64,000 nucleotides of DNA, from positions 19,249 through 83,248 of IMG/VR virus record IMGVR_UViG_3300021600_000003; one strand, 5' to 3'. Source of the DNA: a virus (Duplodnaviria > Heunggongvirae > Uroviricota > Caudoviricetes). Both the position numbers and the translations under genes were made by a program. This document shows positions 1 to 11,700 of this stretch, piece after piece. Within the stretch, counting starts at the first letter, position 1; the number at the start of each line of letters is the position of its first letter. Under the pieces are notes generated by a model. That model ran no database searches and was not told the origin of the DNA. It was given only the letters and a program-made list of their open reading frames with translations.

Positions 1-2238
1 TATAAGAGGTAAAACACTATCTGCAAATTCTTTTGCTTGCATTTGACCTTTATATTGATATATTGCATATTGATCATAAAAATATGCTACTGCATTTGAT
101 AAAAAAGGATCAGATAACATAGTAGGAGATGATGTTAAGAATACTAATTTATCTATACTTGTAGCATCTTTTAATTTTTCTATATCTACTTTTTGAATAT
201 TACCTGCTTTATCAACTACATTATCAAAATTAGTTTGACTAAAGTTTCCAGTTAATGCTCTCATAATTTGAGCCCCTTCTCCTATAAAGGTTCCGTGCAT
301 GTCTTCTCTAAGTTTAGCTTTCATTACCTCACCCTTTACTGTATCATACTTCCTTTGTAGTTCTGCCTTATATCTATGTATATAACCATCCATCCATTTG
401 TCTGTTATTTTTGCCAAATGAGTAGTTAATTTATTTTCTATATTTTTATTAGAAACAGCAAAATTAGTAGTAACATTACCCATGTTATTTAACATCTTAT
501 CATATATTGCCAATCCTTCTGTCTCAGAAGGCCATTTATCTTTGATATATGATAACATATTTTGAAACTCATCAGTAATTGTTTTAAAAGAAGTAGCAAA
601 TGTAGAATATGCTTGTAATTCACTAACATTATCTAACAGTTTATCTATTGTATTACTGGTCTGCATCTTCTTAATAGCAGCATTCATAGCATCTGGAATA
701 GTCTCCATTGAACGATATGTGTCACCTAGATTTTGAGCAACATTTAACATCTTTAATAACCTATGATTATTATCTGTAGGATTTTCCATAATATCCTTTA
801 GAAGATCTCCTGCTATAGCAAAACGAGATATTATATCAAATATTCTATTATAGTCTTTATTTGCTGGATCTTGTAACTCCTCAATAAGAGCTTTCATATT
901 CTTGCTCTCAACATTAACTCTGAATACTTTAGCAATCTGTTTTTTGATAGCTTTAGTAAACTCATACATAGCTTTTATGATATCTCCTGCCTCATATGTC
1001 TCAGGAGTTTCTTCTTCCATATTATCAAAAAATACACTATCATATACAGACATAACCTTCTTAACATTAAGATTACTTATATCTCCTTGTATAATTTGGT
1101 TAGCTGCCTTAATAAAAGGAGAATTAGCATCAAATAAAGGTTCTGTATAAATAGCTGGAGAGTTTATATGAAATAACTTTCTTAAAAACTTAAAGAAGTC
1201 ATGAGCCATTTGTCTTAACCAACCTCTCTTTTTTCCATATTTTGCATCTGCCTCATTTCTATATGCTGCCTTTACATATTCACCTATTTGTTGAGCAATA
1301 GCTTCTCTTTTTATCTTATCTATATCTGGACGTCCATTCTTCTGATAAGCTGGGTCTGTACTATATTTCTTGTATATCTCACTGTAGAGTGGCATATCTA
1401 TAATCTTTGCCATCATTTCCATCTTTAAAGGATGTTCATCTGGTAATAATTCAGTAAAGAAGTGAGATACCTCATGAGGTAATTCCTCAATCATAGCTCC
1501 TCTTTTTATTAAGATAGTATAATCTCTAATAAGAGCAACACCATTTCTATCTAAGTTATCAAACTCAGCTACTCTAGCATTAGGATTTAACTTCTTCATA
1601 AAGTTAAGCATATCCTGTACAGAAGGGTCTTGTAGAAATGGATGGTTTAACCATAGATTATCTCCTATAAGATTTAGAGAAGATGAGGTAAATTGCTTTA
1701 GATATGTAGCTCTTAGATAATCAGTTATGTGTGCAAATCCTCCACTTTGACCCAGAAGATATTTTACTACTAACTCTTCTGGAATATCAATCTTCCATTG
1801 ATTTAATCCTATACGAGTAATTACCTCTCGAGTAAATTGCTTATTAATATCAGCAATAATATTCTCTTCAAAACTTTTTAGTCCTACCTTTGGGAATATT
1901 TTTAAAGCTAGATTAACAATATTTTCACCAACAGCTCCTATTGCTCCTTCTTTTTCACTAGTAGAAGAATTAGCTTGTTCAGCTATTTCATGTAAAAATA
2001 ACTCTGGATCACTTTCAAATGATGTTTTATAAAGACCTTTAATTTCGTCTTTATATTTAAAAACATCATCTACCATTTTCAACTGTTCATCAGTTAAATT
2101 AGGTATATCAGTTTTTACCTCATTCTTTGCAGATAGTATATTATTATCTATATTAAAAAGAGATGACTGTACAGCTAATTCTTTAACTGCATCAATGATA
2201 CCAAGTTCTATTTTATTTTTATCTAGTCTACATTTCAT
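1..2238 (-). CDS. giant virion protein, C-terminally truncated by the window edge (at least 746 aa in window)
   Basis: ATG at 2238-2236 on the minus strand, with the frame open down to position 1 (own translation MKCRLDKNKIELGIIDAVKEL...). It is absent from the ORF track because it has no stop in the window. An in-frame stop lies upstream at 2265-2263. It contains an HEVSH (HExxH-like) motif. Confidence 0.6.
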   Translation of the reverse strand, partial: MKCRLDKNKIELGIIDAVKELAVQSSLFNIDNNILSAKNEVKTDIPNLTDEQLKMVDDVFKYKDEIKGLYKTSFESDPELFLHEIAEQANSSTSEKEGAIGAVGENIVNLALKIFPKVGLKSFEENIIADINKQFTREVITRIGLNQWKIDIPEELVVKYLLGQSGGFAHITDYLRATYLKQFTSSSLNLIGDNLWLNHPFLQDPSVQDMLNFMKKLNPNARVAEFDNLDRNGVALIRDYTILIKRGAMIEELPHEVSHFFTELLPDEHPLKMEMMAKIIDMPLYSEIYKKYSTDPAYQKNGRPDIDKIKREAIAQQIGEYVKAAYRNEADAKYGKKRGWLRQMAHDFFKFLRKLFHINSPAIYTEPLFDANSPFIKAANQIIQGDISNLNVKKVMSVYDSVFFDNMEEETPETYEAGDIIKAMYEFTKAIKKQIAKVFRVNVESKNMKALIEELQDPANKDYNRIFDIISRFAIAGDLLKDIMENPTDNNHRLLKMLNVAQNLGDTYRSMETIPDAMNAAIKKMQTSNTIDKLLDNVSELQAYSTFATSFKTITDEFQNMLSYIKDKWPSETEGLAIYDKMLNNMGNVTTNFAVSNKNIENKLTTHLAKITDKWMDGYIHRYKAELQRKYDTVKGEVMKAKLREDMHGTFIGEGAQIMRALTGNFSQTNFDNVVDKAGNIQKVDIEKLKDATSIDKLVFLTSSPTMLSDPFLSNAVAYFYDQYAIYQYKGQMQAKEFADSVLPLI

Positions 2239-2273
2239 TCTACAAATATATATGATTATTAATTAATTACAAA

Positions 2274-2714
2274 TTAACATTTAATATTAATTTGAGGAAG
2301 ATTATCAGGAATAACTATATCTCCTTCTTCAGAGACTATATAGTTTCCTTCTTTTTGTATATTTTCTACTTCTTGTTTACGAATTTGCTGAGCTGACTGT
2401 TCTTTTAAATCATTTTCTATTTGTGCTTTACTTCTGTCTATTGCCTCAAATGCAGTATCATTTGGTTCTATTTTTATCTTTGTAACTATAGATGATTGTC
2501 CCATTGTAGAATAATTACCTATACTTATGTCTCTTGAACGTATACGAAATAAATCTCCCATATCTACACCATATTTAGTTTTAGCTTTAGCAGTTAAAGT
2601 AGCAATAGTATCTATTAAACGACTAGAAGGTAATGTAGTATATAATTCCATATTAGGTTTTACTAACATATGTTCTATCATATACTTTAAAGTGGAATCT
2701 TTAGAACAACTCAT
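2274..2714 (-). CDS. hypothetical protein, 146 aa
   Basis: ORF track entry. Tightly packed between two giant genes on the same strand. Confidence 0.45.
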   Translation of the reverse strand: MSCSKDSTLKYMIEHMLVKPNMELYTTLPSSRLIDTIATLTAKAKTKYGVDMGDLFRIRSRDISIGNYSTMGQSSIVTKIKIEPNDTAFEAIDRSKAQIENDLKEQSAQQIRKQEVENIQKEGNYIVSEEGDIVIPDNLPQINIKC

Positions 2715-2718
2715 ATTA

Positions 2719-5700
2719 TTATATTTTACAATTTAATGGATCAATTTCATTATCTTTTACATCATCAAGCATAAAGTCATTTTTACCATCTAATTTAACA
2801 CTTTGCTCCTTTGCTAATCTATTCATAAAATGAGTAATATTTGTATTACCTAATTTACTATATAGTTTTCCTGTATGAGATTTTTGATAAGGTAGTCCCG
2901 GACGATCTTTCTTCTTTTTCTGATATAAATCACTTTCATGAACTCCATATTGTTCACTTGTTTCATCTGGTGCAGCAGCTATTTCATTATTAATAATAAC
3001 AGGATTATTCCATTTTAAGTCAGGATTCATATCCTTAAACATCTTTTCAAATTGTTTAAGATAATTTGTAATAACTTCATTAGTTGCTGCTTCTGTAGTC
3101 TCTCCATCTTTAAAAGAAGCTCCTTCTTTAAGGAAACGATTAAAGTTATTAATAGATGTTTCTACTACATTTTTGATAATCATAGGAGGCACCAAGTAAG
3201 AGAATGAACCTTTATTTCTCTCTAGATGAGAAGATTGTGTAAGCAGGTAATATCCTAGTACGTTAAATATCTGACGTATTTCTTTTACATTTGCTGAATC
3301 TTTATAGAAGTCTAGTCTATCTTGGTTCTGTCTAAGTTTAGCCTCAATAGTAGGAAAGCTAGATATATCAAACATTACTAACTTCTCAAAGTTATCTCTA
3401 AGAACTGTTTCTTCAGCTTCTCTATCTTTGGGATTTGGAGATAGATTAAAGGTTATATAGTTTTGAGGTAAAGCATTTAATACATCTTTAAAATCTGGAA
3501 CACCATCTTTCATAGGATCAATACCATGTTCTGATTTAGTATCAATACTTTGTATAAGAGGTATTTCTCTTAACTCTGAGTACTTTGAAGTAAGAATATC
3601 CAACTGAGATGATAATAAACTTTTACTATATAAAGCTCCAATCTTTTCATCTTCAGATAAATTATCTACCTTAGAAAGAAACTCTTTAGCAAAGGCTTTA
3701 TAACTATCAGTACTCTCAACCAAAGGTCTAAGTAAAGGAGATATATCATATTCAAAAAACTCATAAAGTTTATTAGCATTCTCTCCATCCTTATAGATAA
3801 AGAAGTTAAGATATGTAGAATATATAAAATCAGATATTACTCTCATCTCTACCTTTCTTCTATCCTCTGGAGTACCAAATGTCTGCCATACTATATTCTG
3901 TAATACATTTTGGAATTCTTTAACAAAGAATTTGTTATCATTTATTAATATATTTGGAAATGCATTTGATAACATATTTTTAACAGTCTCATCATTATAG
4001 AAAGGAGTTACCATACTTTCATCTTGAATCTTATTTTCAAATTCAGGGTTTGACATACCTGATACTTGACGTGCTTGTTTTAAAGCTTCTGCATATGAAA
4101 TAGCAGATAAACTATTAACTTTTGTTGAGTTTCTTGATAATCCCTTAATAAATAATAAGTAGAACATATCACCATCAGCCAATACTGTTCCATAATAAGA
4201 AGCTATATCCTTAGCCATATCAGTATAAGATGGATTCTCTCTAAGAAACTGTTCCATATTTCTTTTATACTTTGGTGCATTACGCTGGAATTCTCCATAC
4301 TTTTCAGTAAAATCTGCTAAATCTTTTTCAGAAAAAGATAAGTGTTTATCACCTAAATAGTTCTGAGATGCTGGACCTGCAGCAAACATATATTGATTAA
4401 TACTAGTTTTTCCATTAGTTTCTTCATTCTTAACTCGATACTTTCCCCATCCCGGAAAACCAGTTTTAGCATCCGATATTGGAAATATTTCACTACCTGA
4501 CCATTTCTGAACAGAAGATACTAATGCATGTTTTGGACGAGCATCTGTACCTAATTTATCTAATTCATTTTGTACGTCTTGTACAACAGGATTATTTAAG
4601 AATAAAATTGTTCTTTCTAAAGGAACTCCTTGTGCCATTAACCATATCATTGGTTTAACATTTAACCAAGTTATTCCAAGAGAAGGAAATATATCAGCAT
4701 TTTTAAATAAGTCTAATAGAGAAGATACTTCTGCTGATAAGTCTTTTGTAGTTCTGTCCCCATTCTCATTAAATACTGATATTTTAATACCCTTACTTGT
4801 ATCTTTATTATACAATAAAGGAGTATGTACAAAACGTTTATATGTTTTTTCTTTATTGTTCTTTACTTCTTCAAGTAGATTTATACCTGTATCTATTCTC
4901 TTAAGTAATGCATTAAGTGGACCAGCACGATATTCTCTCTGAATAGTTAATCCTGATATCTCTAATAAAGGAAGCATAGAACGGAAACGTACTAGAGAAC
5001 CTAAAATAGAACGGATAGCAAAATTATTATGGTGATTTGCAATATTAGTTACATAACTCATTGCCTCTAGAGAGGTAAGTTGTCTACCTAATTCTACTGG
5101 ACTTCCTGTTTTTCTCTCAAGATTTTCTTCTGCTAACTTCTTAATCTTAGCTATAGAGTCTGTTTCTGTAAGAAAATCATAGTTCTCAGGAGCTTCCATG
5201 AACTCTAATATTGATGATACTATATCATTAGTTACACCTTTAATATAATTATCTCTTTTACTTTCCATCTCATTTAATTCCTTCATTAAAGGAGATGAGA
5301 TTCTTTTACCTTTATTCAAATCAACAATTAAAGAAGATACTGCATCTACGATATCATTAAATTCTCCTTTTTTTCGTAACTTAAATAAAGTAGATTTAGG
5401 ATCTATAAATCCTGCAACTGTACGATATCCATCCTCTTCAACAATAGTTAAATCTCTATCTAAATCACTAACTGTCTTACCTTTTAGTGCATATACCTCA
5501 TTCTCTAAAAATTCTTTCTTTATAGAATTTAATTGTTCATCATCTGTTGATGTATTTTTAGCTAATAAGAATGATTTTTCTGTACCAATTTTAGTAGATA
5601 ATTCTTCTATCTTATTTGTAATATCACTATATTGTTCAGTAGGACGCTTAATTATACGACCTAAACTATTTAGATACCTGAATGATGCAGTTACTGTATC

Positions 5701-8700
5701 AATATCATTATCACTACCTGTCTGAGCATAGAACTCAGGAGGAAGTAATATCATATCTCCAAATGCTTCTGGCAAGAATTCTCTTACTATAATATGTGAG
5801 GAGAAGTTTAAGTCTTGTAAAGGGATACGTACACCAATAAATGTAATAGAATCTCCATATGTATTTAACCACTTCTCATTACGTATTGCCTCATTTAGTC
5901 TTTTAAGAGTAGTAATACGTTCTCCATCTGGATGATTTAAGTTAAGAAGGGGATAGAACTGCTTACGAAAAGATATACGACTTTCTACAGGAAGTGTAGA
6001 TATAGCTTTACCATCTACAATTTTTAATCCATGCCATTTTAATTCTATTGTTCCTCTATATTCTTCTGGTAAAGAATCTTCTAGTGAAGAATAAGTACCA
6101 TCTTTATTCTTTTTTCTAAATTTAATTGGTTCATTTGAACCCATCTCAAATGACTGATAGAATTTGGTACCATTTAACTTTACTTTACGGAAATTATCAT
6201 CTACAATACCAGCAATTAAATCAATAATATTCTTTTGGAAAGGAAGAGCCTCTAAAAAAGTAGAAAAATTACCATCATCATTACTATTAAGTAAGTCTAA
6301 TACTTTTTCATCAATATCTCCTATCTCTAACATTCTCTCTCTCAAATATTTAACAAAGGTTGCTTTATCTCTCATTTTACCATCAATATCTAATCCCATA
6401 TCTGTAAGAGCACGAGATGAATTAATACGAATATAATCACTTAAACTTCTTACTACTTTCTTATAAGAATTAAGAAGAGTAGTAGATACTGTTCCATATT
6501 TCTGTTGAGATAGTAATCCCTCATAGAAGATAGATCGTAACTGAACAGCAAATGTAGAACGATCATTTAGATGAGTAGTATTTTGTTGAAACTTGAAAAA
6601 TCCTCCTGCGTGGAATGTTGAATGTAAAGTTTTACCAACAGTACTTGATAAACCATCTTTACTAAATACATTTTCTACTGGAGGAGTAAATGCTTTACTA
6701 CCACTATCCATTACCATATAATCAATATCCTCTCCATACATCTTATCAAAAAGAGGACGTGTAATTCTATTCATATCAAATTCAGGAAGTAATACCCTTA
6801 ACCCCATCTTATCAAACGAAGGAGTCATTGGAGAATTAGTCTCATAATAAATAGGTCCTGTTAATGCATATTTAGATACATTAAAAGAAGAGTAACTACC
6901 ATCCTTATTAGGACCATTTTTAATATGATCACTTTCTTCATCTGAAAGTTCATGACCTAAACCTTGTTTTAATAGTAATATCTGTCTAATATATTCTTTT
7001 TCATCTTTATCCCAATCCCATACCATCTCTCTCATTCTCATAAAACGATTAGTATCTAAGTTAAGATAAGCACCAGCATCAGCAACTTCCATATCTTTAA
7101 AAGCAGTTAATATATTTACTTTCTCAACTCTCATTTGCTCAAGAGTAATATTAGCTCTTTCTCCTGTAGATTTCTGCTTACGAAGTAATAATAAGGCTTT
7201 AAGCATATTATCATCTTTTAAAGCAATACTCTCCATTTTAATATCCTTCATAACTACTTTCTTAACTAACTGATAGTTTTTTTGAGAAGTAATACCTTTT
7301 GATGATTGATATGTATCTTTTAGTGATCGAGCTGCTGTCTGAGCTGCCATAGCTTCTGCCATAATCTCATCTACCATATTGATAGAACCATTATTAGCAA
7401 TAATCTTTCTTCTCTTGATTGGATCTTTATAGTAAGTGTAATCTCCAAAGAATAGTAAACTATCCTCCATTGTCATAATGAAGTCATTAGCTATAATATC
7501 TCTAAATATACCATCAGATAACTGACCTAGTGTATTTATTTTCATATAGAATGGATTACGAACAGAGTTAATAGCTGATAGAGTATATAGTATATTATTA
7601 CTTTTCTCAGATAAGCTATTATTAAATACATTCTTATATGAGTTATCATTTGTTATTGCAACCTTCTCAAAATAATTACTTATCTCTAAATTGATTTGAT
7701 TGAAAAGAGTAGGATCTTTTACCTCAAGACGACTCATAAGAGTATTCATATCCCCACCTTCTTCTCTTATAAATGCTTTTATTTTTCCTCTAGAAATAGG
7801 AAGCATTTCATCAAATACACCTAATTTATCTAATCCTTTATTAGCATGATTAATATCTCTTTTAGCATTAGCATCATCTAGATAGTATTGGAACTTCCAA
7901 GCTGCATACTGTATATAATTTCTAACCTGATTAAGGAAAGTAGGATTAACAAAACCATCTCTTTCAATATTAACAGCTTTAATGAACTTTCTTTCTATAC
8001 CATCAGTTTCTTGTAAAGATAATCTCCAAGCTGTATTAGATGTCTCTACTCTTCTCATTTCAGAAGAACCATCAGACTCATATAGTACAGCATCCATTAA
8101 CATTTTCTCTTCTGCAGATGAATCTTGTACTCTCTTACTTTCTAAAGAGTCCTCACCTATGTCTGATATCTGAGATATAATAGATATACCCATTCTCATA
8201 TTTGGTACTTTAGTACCAGTCTGATTAAATATTCTATTAAATAACCAAGAGTTTATAATTTGAGGATTCTTTATTGGATCTAAGTGAGATAATGCTGGGA
8301 ACTTTGCAAAGTCACTAAAACTATTAATGTGCTCATTTATAAGCATTTCTGTTACCAACATGTTATTTGGTAAGAAGTGAGAGAATTGCATCTTGTCTAT
8401 AACAATCATAGAACCTGATGAGAAACGTTTATGATAGTTTTTCTCAATACGAGCTAACTGTTGGAATAGAGGAAGATATGCTGCAAATACTTTATATTTA
8501 GGATCTCTAGTTAATTTTCTATCCTTACCATCAAATAACATTTTACTAACAGGACTTGGAGAGAAAATACGACGAGCAAATCCTTGTAACTCCTCCTCCT
8601 TTTCTCTTAAGGTGTTCATAGCAATTATCTTTTGTACACCATCTAAATCTGGATTAATATTATACAGTTGTAGCTGTTTCCACTCTTTAACTAAGTTTAC

Positions 8701-11700
8701 TATATTTGTATTAAATAAATGAGCAATTTGCTCACCTGTTTTCTTATGGTAAGTGAATAGGATATCTCGTATTCTATTATAAATACTTCTTATCTCATTA
8801 AAATGATTAGGGTTTTCATATGCTTTATCATTTAATTCTATACCTAAATTAGAGAAGAATTCTTGTAATTCTCCTTTGTTAGGATCATTTGTATGGAAAT
8901 TCTTATATACATAGAATGCATTAAAATAGAAACGATTTCCAATATGATCATATATAAAAGGATTCTCACTCTCAAAGTCATTCATAAATTGAGTTAAACC
9001 TTGTTCACCATTTGCAAATATCTTATACATTGCATAATAAATACTTATATATTTTTTATTACTTTCATCAAAACGTTTCTTTGTATTTATCTGAAAACCT
9101 TTAGTAAAATCATTAAGTATACTATTAATAATACTCTCTAAGTTTTCTCTTGTTTGTATAGGAGATTGTATATAAGGATTCTCATTATCAGGAGCAAAGT
9201 TCATTCTTCTGACAACTGTATCAAATGGAACTTTTCTTAATGACATTACGAGCTCAAAATGCGTAAGGAATGACATAAGACGACCATGACTTTCTATATC
9301 TTCTGCAGATGCTTGTTGTGATGATAAGAGTTGTGATAAGTTTCGTAATTTTGGAATTAAACCTTCTATACCTTTTTCAGTATCTCCAAGTAATCTATCT
9401 CTAACTGATCTTAACTCAGGAAACAACATCATACTATGTTGTGAGTTAAGTTGTAATATCATTGTAGATAATGTAGGAGAACCCTGTAAGATATTTAAGG
9501 TCTTATAGAATGCTTCCTCTCTTGAGAGAGTAAGTGGTAATCCTGCTGTATTTGTTTCGAATTGTTCTTCGTTTAAATCAGATGATAATAAACGAGGTAT
9601 ACCATTAAAGAAGTCTTTTAATTCTTCTCTAGCAAATTCAATAGCTTGTTTTAGATTACCCGGATTATTATAATCTAAATCTGGAGACTCAGCTATATCT
9701 GGTTTTGTATCTTCATCACTTGTATCATTTGCTCCTTCCTCTTCTTTCTGCATAAATTCACTTAAACTCTCTTCATCTACAATACTAGATATTCTATTCT
9801 GATTTTTATCAAATAGATTACGTAGACTTCTATATTGAGAGAATTTAAAATAGGCACGCATAAAGTCAGCAAACCTAATTAAATCTCCATTTGGATTTTT
9901 CTCTAATATAAAATCTAAAAGATTACTATAATATGCTAAGTTTTCATCATTTGTTTTTAAATGACCTTCAACTACTTCATCCTCAGATTTATCAATAGCA
10001 TCATTTATCTGCTCACGCATTGAGTTAATAGCCTGCTTTTGGTTTTCTAAAGATTGTCTTATTATATCATGTAGAGTTTTAACTCCATCCATTGTCATTA
10101 AATCAGATATAACAACATTCTTTTCGGTTAGATATTGAGTAAGATTGAAATCAGCAAAGTCCCTGAACTCTCTAAATGTCATATTATCAATAACTCCACT
10201 GTCTCCAGTAGTTGAATCTATGAATAGTGAGTTAAGATGAGTAAATATAGCATTATCAGTAGAGAAATTACTTCTATTAAATGTATTAGTATTTAACTTC
10301 TCAAACATATCTAGATAAGAAATAGTACCCTTATTTGTAAACCATTCCCATAAGCTACGTAAAGCATCTAGAATTTTTCCAAATAAAGACTTTGCTTTCT
10401 TATTTCCCTCTAGAGGAGAATATGTTTTTGGAGATGTTGCATATCTCCTAAATTCTTCAGCTAGTAATTCTTCTATATCTATATTATTTGCTGTAGAAGT
10501 ATTTAGATTTCTAGAATCTCTTGTAGTAAAATCAATATTCTGTTTTTGTAGAGATTTATATAAATCTAATTTCTCACCTTTAGTAAGATATAACTGACTG
10601 AAACGATGCCAACCTTCATGATAATCTGCTCCCTTATTAACCTTTTCATAGAAGTTAATAGCATCTATAAAGAACTCAGCACCTGTTTGTGAGTTCATAG
10701 TACGAATAATATTAATTCTACCTTTTAGTTCTGGGAATCTTTCCTCTAACCAAGCTTGTCCTTTTAGTAAATCTTCTCTTGTAGCTAATGCGTCATTTGA
10801 ACGCAATATCATTTTTAAAGGATTATCTTTCTTAATATTCTTATTAAACCATGAAGTTAAACTTGGATTAAGAGGATTAACTGCTACATTGTTTTTTGCA
10901 GTAGGTATAATCCTATCATACATAGATTCTATTTTATCTCTATATAACTGAATTTCTTTAGATAAAATAGTACTATCTTGATTTTTATTAGTAACTTTAT
11001 TATAAGCAGTTATAGATAATCTTAAACTTCCTTTATCTTTAGTATTTAGTATTGTAGCAACATTTGAGATACTTGTAGTTAGATATATAATATCATTCTC
11101 TCCTTTAGATTGTAAACCTGTTGCTTGAGCAATCATCATATCATAGATGGATGCTTGTTTTCCATACTTAGTTTTTTCTCTTTCACTAAGAAATCCATCG
11201 GTGGTTTTAATATCAATAACCTTAAATGTACCATCTGGATATATAGCTAATAAATCTAATTCACCTCTCATACCTAATTCCCTAGAGTATAAGAAGAAAT
11301 TATTCTTTTGTTGAGGAGTTAATGATGAATTATCAACTACTGAACGTAAGTCTGTTAGATGAGCATCTTGATAGTTTGTTTGAATAAAGTTAATGGCATA
11401 CATCATGTCATTAATAAATTCTTCCATATATCTACTTACAACTGGAGATGGTAGTGACTTTAGAGGAGCATTATTTTCTGAGAAACGTCTGAATAAGTCT
11501 GTAAATTCTTTATCTTGTAGTATTTTCTCCTTAAAAGTATTATAGTCAATAGGATTAGTAAAGAACTTTCTTATTGTTATATCTGCTAAATCACCTCTTC
11601 TAGTAGAGATTGTTCCAGTAGTATCTTTACTTTTAACAAATGACCCATTTAAGAACTCAGTAACTCTAATTAACTTCATATTACTTCCATCCTCGTTCTT

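Noticed and set aside
902-8173. Plus-strand ORFs inside the giant minus-strand genes (902..1150, 2527..2736, 6164..6436, 7982..8173 and similar ones at 20202, 20646, 21031, 26039, 34319, 35004, 39637, 40662, 44359, 53262)
   Set aside because: They are short, lie entirely antisense within long well-supported coding regions, and have low-complexity translations typical of AT-rich antisense frames.
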